A program made the translations under genes and the position numbers. A stretch of 64,000 bases of DNA from contig JBDXCV010000009.1 in the NCBI GenBank assembly GCA_039980135.1, positions 131,854 to 195,853 on the forward strand, read 5' to 3'. This DNA is from Alphaproteobacteria bacterium (GTDB lineage Bacteria; Pseudomonadota; Alphaproteobacteria; UBA6615). Shown in pieces: positions 49,551-58,926 of the stretch. The notes beneath the pieces are model-generated. The model worked only from the letters and a program-made list of their open reading frames with translations, was not told where the DNA came from and made no database searches. Every line of letters starts with the position of its first letter. Position 1 is the stretch's first letter.

Positions 49551-50537
49551 CTAGTCCCCCAACAAGAACGGCAGCGCCTTCGCCAGCGTATCCGCCGGGT
49601 TTTCCTCGACATAGAAATGCCCGCCATCGACCAGCGCGACTTTGGCGTCGGGCAGGTATTCCTCCAGCCCCTCGTAGTTTTCGACCGGCATCGGCGGCTC
49701 GTCGGAGCCCTGCAGGATCAGCATCGGTGCGGTCCAGGCCGGGATCAATCGGGTCAGCCGGTCGATCCAGTCCTTGCGGAAGGTCGAGGACTGAAAATAC
49801 CGCTCCACCGCGACGCCGGTACCCGGGCGCGAGAATTCCTGCATGGCGCGGATCACGTCCGGCTTGGGGATCGGGTGCTTGCACAAACGGCCGAAGCCCC
49901 ATTCGAAGACCTTGACCGGGTCCTGGAGAATGCCGCGGGTCTCGAGGTTCGTAAACATCAACTCCTGGGGTGCAAGGTCCGGGTGGAAATGAATCAGATG
50001 CTGGGATCCGCGCACCCAGCGAAGGACCCGGTCGGCATGTTTGGCGGCGATGAAATCCGCCTGAACGGTGCCCCGGTCGTGACTGAACAGGTGAAACTTC
50101 TCCACCCCGATCGTGTCGAGCAGGGAGACCACCTGTTCCGCGACACCCTCATGGCGGTAGTCGCCGCGGCGATTGTCGGACTGGCCGTAGCCCTTGAGAT
50201 CGATGGCGATGCAGCGGAAATGCTTCGCCAGTTCCGGCAGGATCGGCCGCCACATGCACCAGGATTGCGGAATACCGTGCATCAGCAACAGCACCGGGCC
50301 TTTACCCGCCTCGACGAAATGCCAGCGGATGGTCTCGCTCTCGCCCGGGGCCTCCACAAACCTATGCTTGACGTCCAGCCCGCCGATATCCTCGGTCTCG
50401 CCGTCCGTATTCTCGGGCGCAGGCGGCAGGCCTTCGGCCGCGATCTCCTTCAGGGTCGCGACCATCTCCGGGTGGTTATGCCCGGTGCGCATCAGTTCGA
50501 GCGCCGCTTCACTCACCGGTCGGTATTCGAGGTCCAT
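49551..50537 (-). CDS. alpha/beta hydrolase (epoxide hydrolase-like)
   Basis: HGIPQSW and the nucleophile elbow FSHDRG. Start at ATG 50537 (MDLEYRP). The ORF track's N-terminal MPGSSPGMT… is a translation of the flanking repeat element. Confidence 0.75.
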   Translation of the reverse strand: MDLEYRPVSEAALELMRTGHNHPEMVATLKEIAAEGLPPAPENTDGETEDIGGLDVKHRFVEAPGESETIRWHFVEAGKGPVLLLMHGIPQSWCMWRPILPELAKHFRCIAIDLKGYGQSDNRRGDYRHEGVAEQVVSLLDTIGVEKFHLFSHDRGTVQADFIAAKHADRVLRWVRGSQHLIHFHPDLAPQELMFTNLETRGILQDPVKVFEWGFGRLCKHPIPKPDVIRAMQEFSRPGTGVAVERYFQSSTFRKDWIDRLTRLIPAWTAPMLILQGSDEPPMPVENYEGLEEYLPDAKVALVDGGHFYVEENPADTLAKALPFLLGD

Positions 50538-50576
50538 GATGTCCTTCTCCCCTATTCTGCAACCACTAAAACCAAT

Positions 50577-50662
50577 CGTCATGCCCGGACTTGATCCGGG
50601 CATCTCAGTTCAATTCCAGCCTCATGGCGCACGAGATACGCGGGTCAAGCCCGCGTATGACG
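50577..50662. repeat. family A element, near-identical direct copy of 49445–49530
   Basis: Same orientation and about 90% identity to the 49445 copy. Together the two copies flank the alpha/beta hydrolase gene. Confidence 0.85.
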
Positions 50663-50674
50663 GCTTGTTCTGGG

Positions 50675-51658
50675 TCAAACCGTCAGCAACGTCGAACCCG
50701 TCGTCTTGCCGTCCCACACGTCGGTCTGCGCCTGGGCGGCGTCTTGGAGCGCGTAGGTCTGGCCAATCACGGGCTTGATGTCGCCCGCCGCGATGGCCGC
50801 AAACAGGGTCGCGGCGCTGTCGTCGAGTTCCTGACGGTTCAGCTGATAGAAGCGCATCGACGCCTTGGTGAAGAACAGCGAGCCCTTCACGTTGAGCTCC
50901 ACCGCATCGATCGGCGGCACGGGGCCCGACGCGTTGCCGAAATTGACCATGTAACCCCGCGGCCGCAGCGCATCGATCGAGCCCTGATAGTGATCCTTGC
51001 CGACGGAATCATAGACCACGTGGACCCCTTCACCGCCGGTGACCTCGCGGGCGACCTCGGTGAAGTTCTCGGTCTTGTAGTTCACCGCATGCTTGGCGCC
51101 GTTCTCCAGGATCGTCTCCTTCTTGGCATCGGAGCCCACGGTGCCGATCACGGTCACGCCTTTCGAGGCCAGCCACTGGCACAGGAACAGGCCCACGCCG
51201 CCCGCCGCCGCATGCACCAGCGCGGTCTCACCCGCTTGTGCAGGATAGGTCCGGTGAATCAGATACTCCGCCGTCATGCCTTTCAAAAGGCTCGCGGCGG
51301 CATCTTCGTCGGACACGTTATCCGGCAGGGCGACGACCTGCGCCGCATCGATCAGCCGGGCCTCGGCGTAGGAACCAGGGTAGGTCGAGGCATAGACCAC
51401 CCGCTGGCCGACCGAGAAATCATCGACCCCCGCGCCGACCGCCTCGATGACGGCGGCGGCCTCCGTCCCCAGCACCGAGGGAAGTTCCGGCAGCACCGGG
51501 TAGAGGCCCTTGCGGACCATGATGTCGAGAAAGTTGAAGCCGATCACCGTGTGGCGCAGGCGCAGCTGGCCCGGGCCGGGATCGCCCACCTCGATGTCCT
51601 CCCATTTCAGGACATCGGCCTCGCCGAACTCATGAATTCGAATTGCTTTCACCATCAC
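50675..51658 (-). CDS. qor: NADPH:quinone oxidoreductase (zinc-type ADH superfamily)
   Basis: MDR fold with AAAGGVG NADPH motif. 327 aa. Confidence 0.85.
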   Translation of the reverse strand: MMVKAIRIHEFGEADVLKWEDIEVGDPGPGQLRLRHTVIGFNFLDIMVRKGLYPVLPELPSVLGTEAAAVIEAVGAGVDDFSVGQRVVYASTYPGSYAEARLIDAAQVVALPDNVSDEDAAASLLKGMTAEYLIHRTYPAQAGETALVHAAAGGVGLFLCQWLASKGVTVIGTVGSDAKKETILENGAKHAVNYKTENFTEVAREVTGGEGVHVVYDSVGKDHYQGSIDALRPRGYMVNFGNASGPVPPIDAVELNVKGSLFFTKASMRFYQLNRQELDDSAATLFAAIAAGDIKPVIGQTYALQDAAQAQTDVWDGKTTGSTLLTV

Positions 51659-51752
51659 GGGGTTTCCTCAAACAAATTGACGTCGGTTGATTATGTGCTG
51701 TTCGCCGATACGGCGGCGCAGAGTTATCTAGTCCTTCACGCCCGGAAGGACA

Positions 51753-52340
51753 TTAGCCGGTTTCGATTTCTTCCATGCCCTCGGGCATCTCGAAATTTTC
51801 GAGCCGGACCAGCTTGCCGTCCTCCACGCCGAGACCGGTATGCTTGGCGCGCGCGAGCACTTCGGGATGCCAGGTGACAGGCCCGCCGCCATCCTGCTGG
51901 CCGACCATGGCGAGGATCACGACCTCTTCGTCGTTCGGGTTGCGGAAGCCCCGCATCACACCCTCCGGGACCGATATCGTGTCCCAGGGTTCCAGGGTCA
52001 GCTCTTCCTCGCCGTCATCGCCCCAATAGACGATCAGGCTGCCGTTGAGCGGCATGAACACTTCGGCCGTCTCGTGGCTGTGGAGCGCGGCCCCGGTGTC
52101 GGGATCGCAGGTGATGAAGGCGACCGTGAAGCCGTGGTCCTCGGCGATCGGCGGGCTCATGCGCGGATCCTCGACCACGCCGCGGCCGATCACCTTGAGG
52201 TTCTTCTTGCGATGTTCGGGCAGCAGGGAATCGACGAACGCGACGTTGAACTTCTTGAGGTCCTTGAAACGCGCCACGCGGGTCGCTTCCATCTCCTCAG
52301 CTGAAACCTTGGGCGATACATGTTCGGCGGCATTGCGCAT
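51753..52340 (-). CDS. cupin-domain protein
   Basis: Single cupin barrel with His-containing motifs (ALHSHETAEVF…). Confidence 0.6.
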   Translation of the reverse strand: MRNAAEHVSPKVSAEEMEATRVARFKDLKKFNVAFVDSLLPEHRKKNLKVIGRGVVEDPRMSPPIAEDHGFTVAFITCDPDTGAALHSHETAEVFMPLNGSLIVYWGDDGEEELTLEPWDTISVPEGVMRGFRNPNDEEVVILAMVGQQDGGGPVTWHPEVLARAKHTGLGVEDGKLVRLENFEMPEGMEEIETG

Positions 52341-52438
52341 CTTGTGTGTCCCTCCTCTTGTTTGCGGCCATCCGGCTGGCTAGGCTTTGATCCAATGTGC
52401 CAAACAAGGCACGCGGACACCAAGGGGGAAGTTCCATC

Positions 52439-53314
52439 ATGTCTCGACCCGTGATCATCAGCTGTGCCGTCACCGGTGCGGCCGACTCGAAGGGCGCCAA
52501 TCCGGCCGTCCCCGTCACACCCGAAGAAATCGCCAACGAGGCCATCGCCGCCAACAAGGCCGGTGCGGCCATCGCGCATATTCACGTCCGCAACGTGGAG
52601 ACCGGCAAGGCGAGCATGGACACCAAGCTCTACAAGGAGGTGGTGGACCGCATCCGGGATTCGGGCTCGCCGGTGATCATCAACCTGACGACGGGCCCGG
52701 GTGGCCGCTTCATGCCCGAACGCGATGACCCGATGAAGGCGGCCCCCGGCTCGGTGATGAAGACCGCAGTCGAGCGCGTCGCCCATGTGGTCGAGAACAA
52801 GCCCGACATCTGCTCGCTGGACATCGCGACGATGAACTTCGGCGAACGACCCATGGTCAACACGCCGGAGATGCTCAACGAGATGGCGGTGCTGATCCAG
52901 GAAGCCGGCGTGAAGCCGGAACTCGAAGTCTTCGATACCGGCCATGTGCGCCTCGCCAACCACATGCTGGAGACCGGCGCGATCAAGGACGACAAGCCGC
53001 TCTATCAGCTTTGCCTGGGCATCCCCTGGGGAGCACCGGCCAACGCCGAGACGATGATGCTGATGCGCGACATGCTGCCGGCGGGCGCCAACTGGGCCTC
53101 GTTCGGAATCTCGCGCTTCGAGTTTCCGATGGTGGCCTCGGCCGTCCTGCTCGGCGGCCATGCCCGCGTGGGGCTGGAGGATAATCTCTACATCGCGCGC
53201 GGCGAGCTCGCCTCGGGCAACGCCCAGCTGGTCGAACGCGCGGTGCAGATCGTCGAGAGCACCGGCGACACCGCCGCCACCCCGGCCGAAGCGCGGGAGA
53301 TACTGGGGCTTTAG
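52439..53314 (+). CDS. 3-keto-5-aminohexanoate cleavage enzyme family (BKACE/DUF849)
   Basis: PVIISCAVTGA…HIHVR N-terminal signature of the BKACE TIM-barrel family. Confidence 0.8.
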   Translation: MSRPVIISCAVTGAADSKGANPAVPVTPEEIANEAIAANKAGAAIAHIHVRNVETGKASMDTKLYKEVVDRIRDSGSPVIINLTTGPGGRFMPERDDPMKAAPGSVMKTAVERVAHVVENKPDICSLDIATMNFGERPMVNTPEMLNEMAVLIQEAGVKPELEVFDTGHVRLANHMLETGAIKDDKPLYQLCLGIPWGAPANAETMMLMRDMLPAGANWASFGISRFEFPMVASAVLLGGHARVGLEDNLYIARGELASGNAQLVERAVQIVESTGDTAATPAEAREILGL

Positions 53315-53325
53315 GGCTGGAATAC

Positions 53326-53348
53326 GGGCGGGTTTCAAACCCGCCCGC
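53326..53348. terminator. family B hairpin downstream of BKACE gene
   Basis: CGGGCGGGTTTCAAACCCGCCCG, a near-perfect palindrome. Confidence 0.45.
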
Positions 53349-53360
53349 CATTCCCTTCAT

Positions 53361-53435
53361 CGTCATGCGCGGGCTTGACCCGCGTATCTCGTCTCAGAAC
53401 CACATGAGATGCCCGGATCAAGTCCGGGCATGACG
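53361..53435. repeat. family A element (opposite orientation)
   Basis: CGTCATGCGCGGGCTTGACCCGCGTATCTCG … GAGATGCCCGGATCAAGTCCGGGCATGACG. Confidence 0.85.
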
Positions 53436-53446
53436 TGGTGGTAGAC

Positions 53447-54901
53447 CTAAGCAATCCCGCCCAGGCAGAGATATTTGATCTCCACATAGTCGTCGATGCC
53501 GTAGTGGGAGCCCTCGCGGCCCACGCCGCTCTCCTTGACCCCGCCGAAGGGCGCGACCTCGGTCGAGATCAGGCCGGTGTTCACCCCGATGATGCCGGAC
53601 TCGAGTCCCTCCGAGACCTTCCAGACGCGTTTGAGATCGGACGCATAGAAATACGCCGCCAGGCCGAACTCCGTGTCGTTGGCCATGGCGATGCCCTCTT
53701 CGTCCGAACCGAAGCGGTACAAAGGCGCCAGCGGCCCGAACGTCTCTTCCCGGCTGACGTCCATGGTCGGCGTGACGTCCACCAGCAGTGTCGGCTGAAA
53801 GAACGTGCCGCCGAGATCGTGGCGCGCGCCGCCGACGGCGATTTTCGCGCCCTTGGCGACGGCGTCGGCGATATGCTGTTCCACCTTCTCGACCGCCGCC
53901 ATGTCGATCAGCGGGCCCTGCTGCACGTCTTCGGACAGGCCATTGCCGACGTTGAGTTCGCGCACGGCTTCGGAAAGTTTCTCGGTGAAGGCCTCATAGA
54001 CCCCGTCCTGTACGAGAATCCGGTTGGCACACACGCATGTCTGGCCAGTGTTGCGGTACTTCGACGCCATGGCGCCAACCACGGCGGCATCCAGATCGGC
54101 GTCATCGAACACGAGGAACGGCGCATTGCCGCCCAGTTCCATCGACACCTTCTTGATCGTCTGGGCCGACTGGGCCATCAGCACCTTGCCCACCTCGGTC
54201 GAGCCGGTGAAGGTCAGCTTGCGCACGATGGGGTTCGACGTGATCTCCTCGCCGATCTCCTTCGACGAACCCGTGACGACCGACAAAACCCCCGCCGGCA
54301 CCCCGGCGCGTTCGGCCAGTTCGACCATCGCGAGCGCCGAATAGGGCGTCGAGGTGGCGGGCTTCACCACCATCGAGCAGCCCGCGGCCAGGGCCGGGCC
54401 CGCCTTGCGGGTGATCATCGCGGCGGGGAAGTTCCACGGCGTGATCGCCGCCGTAACACCGATGGGTTCCTTCAACACAACGATCCGCGTGTCGCGGGTA
54501 TGGCCGGGGATGGTGTCGCCGTAGATGCGCTTGCCCTCCTCCGCGAACCACTCGATGAAGGCGGCCGCATAGGCGATCTCGCCCCGGCTCTCGGCGATCG
54601 GCTTGCCCTGTTCGGTGGTCATCAGGATCGCCAGATCTTCCTGGTTCGCCATCATCAGATCGTGCCACTTGCGCAGGATGGCGGCGCGCTCCTTGCCGGT
54701 GCGCGTTTTCCATTCCTTCTGGGCTTCCTCGGCCGCCTCGATCGCGCGGCGGGTTTCGGCCGTGCCCATCTTCGGGATGGTGCCGATGACCGCGCCGTCG
54801 GCCGGGTTGGTCACTTCGATGGTCTCGCCCGAATCCGCGTCGGCCCATTCGCCGTTCACGTAGCATTGCTGGCGGAAAAGCGTGCTGTCTGAGAGTTTCA
54901 T
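53447..54901 (-). CDS. gabD: NAD(P)-dependent succinate-semialdehyde dehydrogenase
   Basis: ALDH catalytic motifs (ELGGNAP, catalytic Cys in GQTCVCANR). Start placed at ATG 54901. The ORF track extends to 55039. Confidence 0.85.
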   Translation of the reverse strand: MKLSDSTLFRQQCYVNGEWADADSGETIEVTNPADGAVIGTIPKMGTAETRRAIEAAEEAQKEWKTRTGKERAAILRKWHDLMMANQEDLAILMTTEQGKPIAESRGEIAYAAAFIEWFAEEGKRIYGDTIPGHTRDTRIVVLKEPIGVTAAITPWNFPAAMITRKAGPALAAGCSMVVKPATSTPYSALAMVELAERAGVPAGVLSVVTGSSKEIGEEITSNPIVRKLTFTGSTEVGKVLMAQSAQTIKKVSMELGGNAPFLVFDDADLDAAVVGAMASKYRNTGQTCVCANRILVQDGVYEAFTEKLSEAVRELNVGNGLSEDVQQGPLIDMAAVEKVEQHIADAVAKGAKIAVGGARHDLGGTFFQPTLLVDVTPTMDVSREETFGPLAPLYRFGSDEEGIAMANDTEFGLAAYFYASDLKRVWKVSEGLESGIIGVNTGLISTEVAPFGGVKESGVGREGSHYGIDDYVEIKYLCLGGIA

Positions 54902-55063
54902 GGCCCCGTCCCCTGAATTGCCTTTTCCAAAGCATAGGCCCGTGGAGACAGGACGGACAACCGACCAACCATTCATTGTCATTCCGGCTGCAGGCGCGTC
55001 AGCGCCGGAAGGCCGGAATCCATAGACGCCGGCGTTCAACCGGGCAGACGCTTGTGTTTATGG

Positions 55064-55197
55064 ATGCCCGCCTACGCGGGCATGACGCGGCGTTGTGGCC
55101 ATGGCATGACGCCACCCAAAGCCGTCATACGCGGGCTTGACCCGCGTATCTCGTCTCGGCGCGTGATGAGATGCCCGGATCAAGTCCGGGCATGACG
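55064..55197. repeat. family A element (55123–55197) preceded by a solo hairpin unit (55064–55087)
   Basis: ATGCCCGCCTACGCGGGCATGACG solo unit. Then CGTCATACGCGGGCTTGACCCGCGTATCTCG … GAGATGCCCGGATCAAGTCCGGGCATGACG. Confidence 0.8.
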
Positions 55198-55199
55198 AA

Positions 55200-56567
55200 C
55201 TATGCGGGAAAGAACCTGCTTGCCGGCCGGTCCAGACCGAGATTCTCGCGCAGTGTCGTACCTTCATATTCCGTGCGGAACAGGCCGCGCTTCTGGAGCA
55301 GCGGCACCACCTCGTCCATGAACGGGTTCATCAGTGCGGGGATCACCGGCGGCATGTAGTTGAAGCCGTCGGCTGCGGGGCCGCCCCCATCACTTCCTGC
55401 GCTGTCCGGGTCGCACCAGTCCTGGATGAGGTCGGCGATCTGCTCGGGCGTGCCCGCCGTCGTGTAATGGCCGCGCCCGCCCGCGAACCGCGCCAGCAGC
55501 TCGCGCAGGGTCAGGCCTTCCTTCTCGACGATCCGCACGATCAGCGCCGCGCGGCTCTTCATGGTCTCGAGACCCTCGGGCTCGGGGAAGTCCGACGCCT
55601 TGAGCGGCTGGTCGAGATCGATATGGGAGAAATCATGCCCCGCGAACCGCTGGGAGAGTGTGCGGCGGCCGACCTCCGGGTCCATCCGGGCGTTCAGTTC
55701 CATCAGATTCTCTTTCGCCTCGGCCTCGGTGCCGCCGATCACGGGGTTGAGCCCCGGCAGGATCACCACCTGGTCGGCGTTGCGGCCGAAATTGGCGGCG
55801 CGTTTCTTGATGTCCCTATAGAATTCCTGGGCGGTTTCCTTCTCCAGATGGGCCGTAAAAATCGCCTCGGCGTGGAGCGCGGCGAAATCCCGCCCGCGAT
55901 CCGACGCGCCGGCCTGCACCAGCACGGGCCGGCCTTGCGGGCTGCGCGGCACGTTCAGCGGCCCCTTGACCTGGTAATACTCGCCCTTGAAATCGATCGG
56001 CGTGATCCGCGAAAGATCGCCGCACACGCCGCCGGCCTGTTTGTCAGGGGTGCGGTCATCCACCAGCGCGTCGTCGGCCCAGCTGTCCCACAGGTCCTTC
56101 ACCGCGGCGACGAACTCCTCGCCCTTCTCGTAGCGGTCGCCATGGGCGGTGTGCTCGCGCCCGTAATTGGCCGCAACCGCCTCGACCCAGGTGGTGACGA
56201 TGTTCCACGCCGCCCGGCCGCCGGAGATGTGGTCGATGGAGGCGAACTGGCGCGCCAGGTTGTAAGGCTCGGAATAGGTGCACGAGCCCGTGGCGATCAG
56301 CCCGACCCGTTCGGTCTGCATGGCGATCGCGGCGAGCATGATCACCGGGTCGGGCCAGAAGCGGCCGGATTCCATGGCGTCGTTGGTCATCATCAGCACG
56401 TCGGCGAAGAAGATGGAATCGAGCTTCGCCGCCTCGGCCTGTTTGGCCAGGTCCACATAGTAGGAGATGTCCATCAGCGAGCGCGGATCGGCACCGGGAT
56501 GATCCCACGCCGTCTCATGATGACCTCGCGACTGGATGAAGAGATTGATGTGGATGGGTTTGGGCAT
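55200..56567 (-). CDS. LLM-class flavin-dependent monooxygenase (NtaA/SnaA/DszA family)
   Basis: MPKPIHINLFIQSRGHHETAW… N-terminus and the ~455 aa length are characteristic of this family. The ORF-track extension to 56660 is a translation of repeat DNA. Confidence 0.8.
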   Translation of the reverse strand: MPKPIHINLFIQSRGHHETAWDHPGADPRSLMDISYYVDLAKQAEAAKLDSIFFADVLMMTNDAMESGRFWPDPVIMLAAIAMQTERVGLIATGSCTYSEPYNLARQFASIDHISGGRAAWNIVTTWVEAVAANYGREHTAHGDRYEKGEEFVAAVKDLWDSWADDALVDDRTPDKQAGGVCGDLSRITPIDFKGEYYQVKGPLNVPRSPQGRPVLVQAGASDRGRDFAALHAEAIFTAHLEKETAQEFYRDIKKRAANFGRNADQVVILPGLNPVIGGTEAEAKENLMELNARMDPEVGRRTLSQRFAGHDFSHIDLDQPLKASDFPEPEGLETMKSRAALIVRIVEKEGLTLRELLARFAGGRGHYTTAGTPEQIADLIQDWCDPDSAGSDGGGPAADGFNYMPPVIPALMNPFMDEVVPLLQKRGLFRTEYEGTTLRENLGLDRPASRFFPA

Positions 56568-56664
56568 GGTGGGACCGGCAAGTTGTGACGCTGAAATGTC
56601 AGAGCCGGAGTTTGCCTTGTGGAGGGTCAAATTGGGAGTCTGTGTGACAACCCAACACACATAC

Positions 56665-56694
56665 CGTCATACACGGGCTTGATCCGGGTATCTC
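56665..56694. repeat. truncated (single-arm) family A element at left junction of low-GC island
   Basis: CGTCATACACGGGCTTGATCCGGGTATCTC is present with no partner arm. The vsr stop codon follows immediately. Confidence 0.65.
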
Positions 56695-57178
56695 ATGCTT
56701 CCTTCATCCTGCGCTTCACCGGCGGCATGCGGGGGATTGTAACAATCTGCCCATCATTACCCCGGATCCAATTCTCGAGCCTGTCCATCGATTTCCCAAG
56801 AAGATCGTTCCGATCAACCAGCCCGCACTCCCAAACCACTGCCACACGCCAGCCCTCTTTCAGGAGATGCCGAACGTTACGTCCGTCCCTCTCAACATTC
56901 CCCTGAATCTTCTCGACCCACCACTTCGTATTCGTACTCGGCGTAGTCGCTTTGGCGCAGTTCTTGTGGTGGTGCCAGTAACAACCATGCACAAAGACTA
57001 CCGTCCGAAATTTCGGCAACTTGATATCCGGAGCACCTGGAAGTGTTCGATCATGAAGCGTAAACCTGAAACCTCTGGAGTGGAGGCCTCTTCTCACAAG
57101 CAGTTCCGGCTTGGTGTTCTTGCCACGAATGCCGGACATCATTCTGGAGCGTGTCTTGCGATCAACGATGTCAGCCAT
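56693..57178 (-). CDS. vsr: very short patch repair endonuclease
   Basis: MADIVDRKTRSRMMSGIRGKNTKPE… parallels the E. coli Vsr N-terminus. VVFVHGCYWHHH motif present. Lies in low-GC DNA. Confidence 0.9.
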   Translation of the reverse strand: MADIVDRKTRSRMMSGIRGKNTKPELLVRRGLHSRGFRFTLHDRTLPGAPDIKLPKFRTVVFVHGCYWHHHKNCAKATTPSTNTKWWVEKIQGNVERDGRNVRHLLKEGWRVAVVWECGLVDRNDLLGKSMDRLENWIRGNDGQIVTIPRMPPVKRRMKEA

Positions 57179-57261
57179 GACCTGCACGCCGCCCTGGTTT
57201 GGTTTTACGGTTCCAATATACTTCACAACGCCCCGGTCAACGCAGAAAGCAAGTACGAGAG

Positions 57262-58893
57262 ATGAAATCGCCTATCAAGGTAGTTGACGTATTTGCTGGT
57301 CCTGGCGGGCTTGGAGAAGGCTTCTCTGCGCTCACACACGGCTCGGGTGAAGATTGTTGGCGCCCGTTCAAGATCACCATCTCCGCCGAGATGGATCCGG
57401 TCGCACGGGAAACTCTTCGTTTGCGTGCGTTTTACCGCCAGTTCCCGGACGCGGCGCATGTTCCAGACGAGTACTTCGATTACCTCGCGAACCCGACCAC
57501 AGAAGCATTCGAAATACTATCGGAGCGCTTTTCCGAAGAGTGGGCGGAGGCCAACGGTGAAGCACTTCAGCTAGAACTTGGGAACGAAGACGACGACGCA
57601 AAGCTTTACAGGTTGCTCGACGCACGAGTTGAAGAAAACAGCGACTGGATATTGGTGGGAGGCCCCCCGTGTCAGGCCTACTCACTGGTGGGTCGAGCCA
57701 GGAATCAGGGTAAAGATGACTATGTCCCTGAGGAGGATCACCGCCACCTGCTCTACCGAGAATACCTGAAGATAATTCAGAAGAAGCGCCCTGCTGTCTT
57801 CGTCATGGAGAACGTCAAGGGACTTCTCTCTTCCACGCTCGATGGGGCACCGATCTTTGATCGTATCCTGGAGGACCTCAGCGATCCGGACCTGGCGCTG
57901 GAGCACAGTCCAAGCGCCGAGGGACAAGGGTATCGACTGTATTCGATGCTGACCGGTGAGTGTTATTCGCGCGACAAAACACTCGCTCGCATTGACCCCC
58001 GCAGTTTCATACTGCGTGCAGAGGAGTACGGAGTTCCTCAGCGTCGGCACCGAATTTTCATTCTTGGGGTACGAGAGGACATCGAGCCGGACTTTGACCT
58101 TATCCTGCCCAAATCTGAGATGCCGGCGCCGAGCTTGCGCGCCGTAATTGGGGATCTGCCGCCACTACGGAGCGGTTTGTCCCGACGTGGCCGAACGTCG
58201 CCAGATACGTATGAACTCTGGTCCAGGGAAGTCATTAACCAGGCTGAGCTAGTAGCCACGGCTCTTCATGAGACCGGCTCGGATACTCTGTTCGAAGCAA
58301 ATTTCGATGAGATCCGCGAAGTGTTGAACGAGGCGGCCAACAGTCTTCGAACACGCAATGAACCGCTCGAACGTCGACACCAATCCGAAAGAACGCTTCA
58401 TCCGGAAATGGACCCGGATGTGACGCGCACGCTCGTTGAATGGCTTACCAATGACCGCCTACGTTCGGTTGCCAATCATGAAACCCGCGCGCACATAGCA
58501 AAAGATTTCGGGCGCTATCTTTTTTGCGCCGCCTGGGCCTCGGTGGAGAAGTACTCGCCCAAATCCGACGAGTTTCCATTAGGACTGGCACCAGCTCACA
58601 AAAACTGGTCGACAGGCAAATTCGCTGATCGATTCCGGGTTCAGGTCGCGGAAGACACGGCCACCACGATCACCAGCCATATCTCAAAAGATGGACACTA
58701 CTTCATCCACTACGATCCTGCACAATGCCGAAGCCTCACCGTAAGGGAAGCGGCGCGGCTACAGACTTTTCCTGATGACTATTTCTTCATGGGACCCAGA
58801 ACCCAGCAATACCATCAGGTTGGAAATGCCGTTCCCCCCTTCTTGGCCAAGCAAATTGCTGGGCTCGTGCTTCAGATAGTCTCGAAAAGCTAA
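57262..58893 (+). CDS. dcm: DNA (cytosine-5)-methyltransferase
   Basis: Motif I FAGPGG, motif IV PPCQAYS, motif VI ENV, motif X QVGNAVPP. 543 aa. Divergent from vsr. Confidence 0.9.
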   Translation: MKSPIKVVDVFAGPGGLGEGFSALTHGSGEDCWRPFKITISAEMDPVARETLRLRAFYRQFPDAAHVPDEYFDYLANPTTEAFEILSERFSEEWAEANGEALQLELGNEDDDAKLYRLLDARVEENSDWILVGGPPCQAYSLVGRARNQGKDDYVPEEDHRHLLYREYLKIIQKKRPAVFVMENVKGLLSSTLDGAPIFDRILEDLSDPDLALEHSPSAEGQGYRLYSMLTGECYSRDKTLARIDPRSFILRAEEYGVPQRRHRIFILGVREDIEPDFDLILPKSEMPAPSLRAVIGDLPPLRSGLSRRGRTSPDTYELWSREVINQAELVATALHETGSDTLFEANFDEIREVLNEAANSLRTRNEPLERRHQSERTLHPEMDPDVTRTLVEWLTNDRLRSVANHETRAHIAKDFGRYLFCAAWASVEKYSPKSDEFPLGLAPAHKNWSTGKFADRFRVQVAEDTATTITSHISKDGHYFIHYDPAQCRSLTVREAARLQTFPDDYFFMGPRTQQYHQVGNAVPPFLAKQIAGLVLQIVSKS

Positions 58894-58926
58894 CGTGTTT
58901 GAGACCTCATGCCACCTTCGCTCGGC

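Noticed and set aside
55200-56660. 486-aa version of the NtaA-like monooxygenase
   Set aside because: The first 31 residues translate repeat/intergenic DNA. The family-typical N-terminus MPKPIHINLF starts at 56567.
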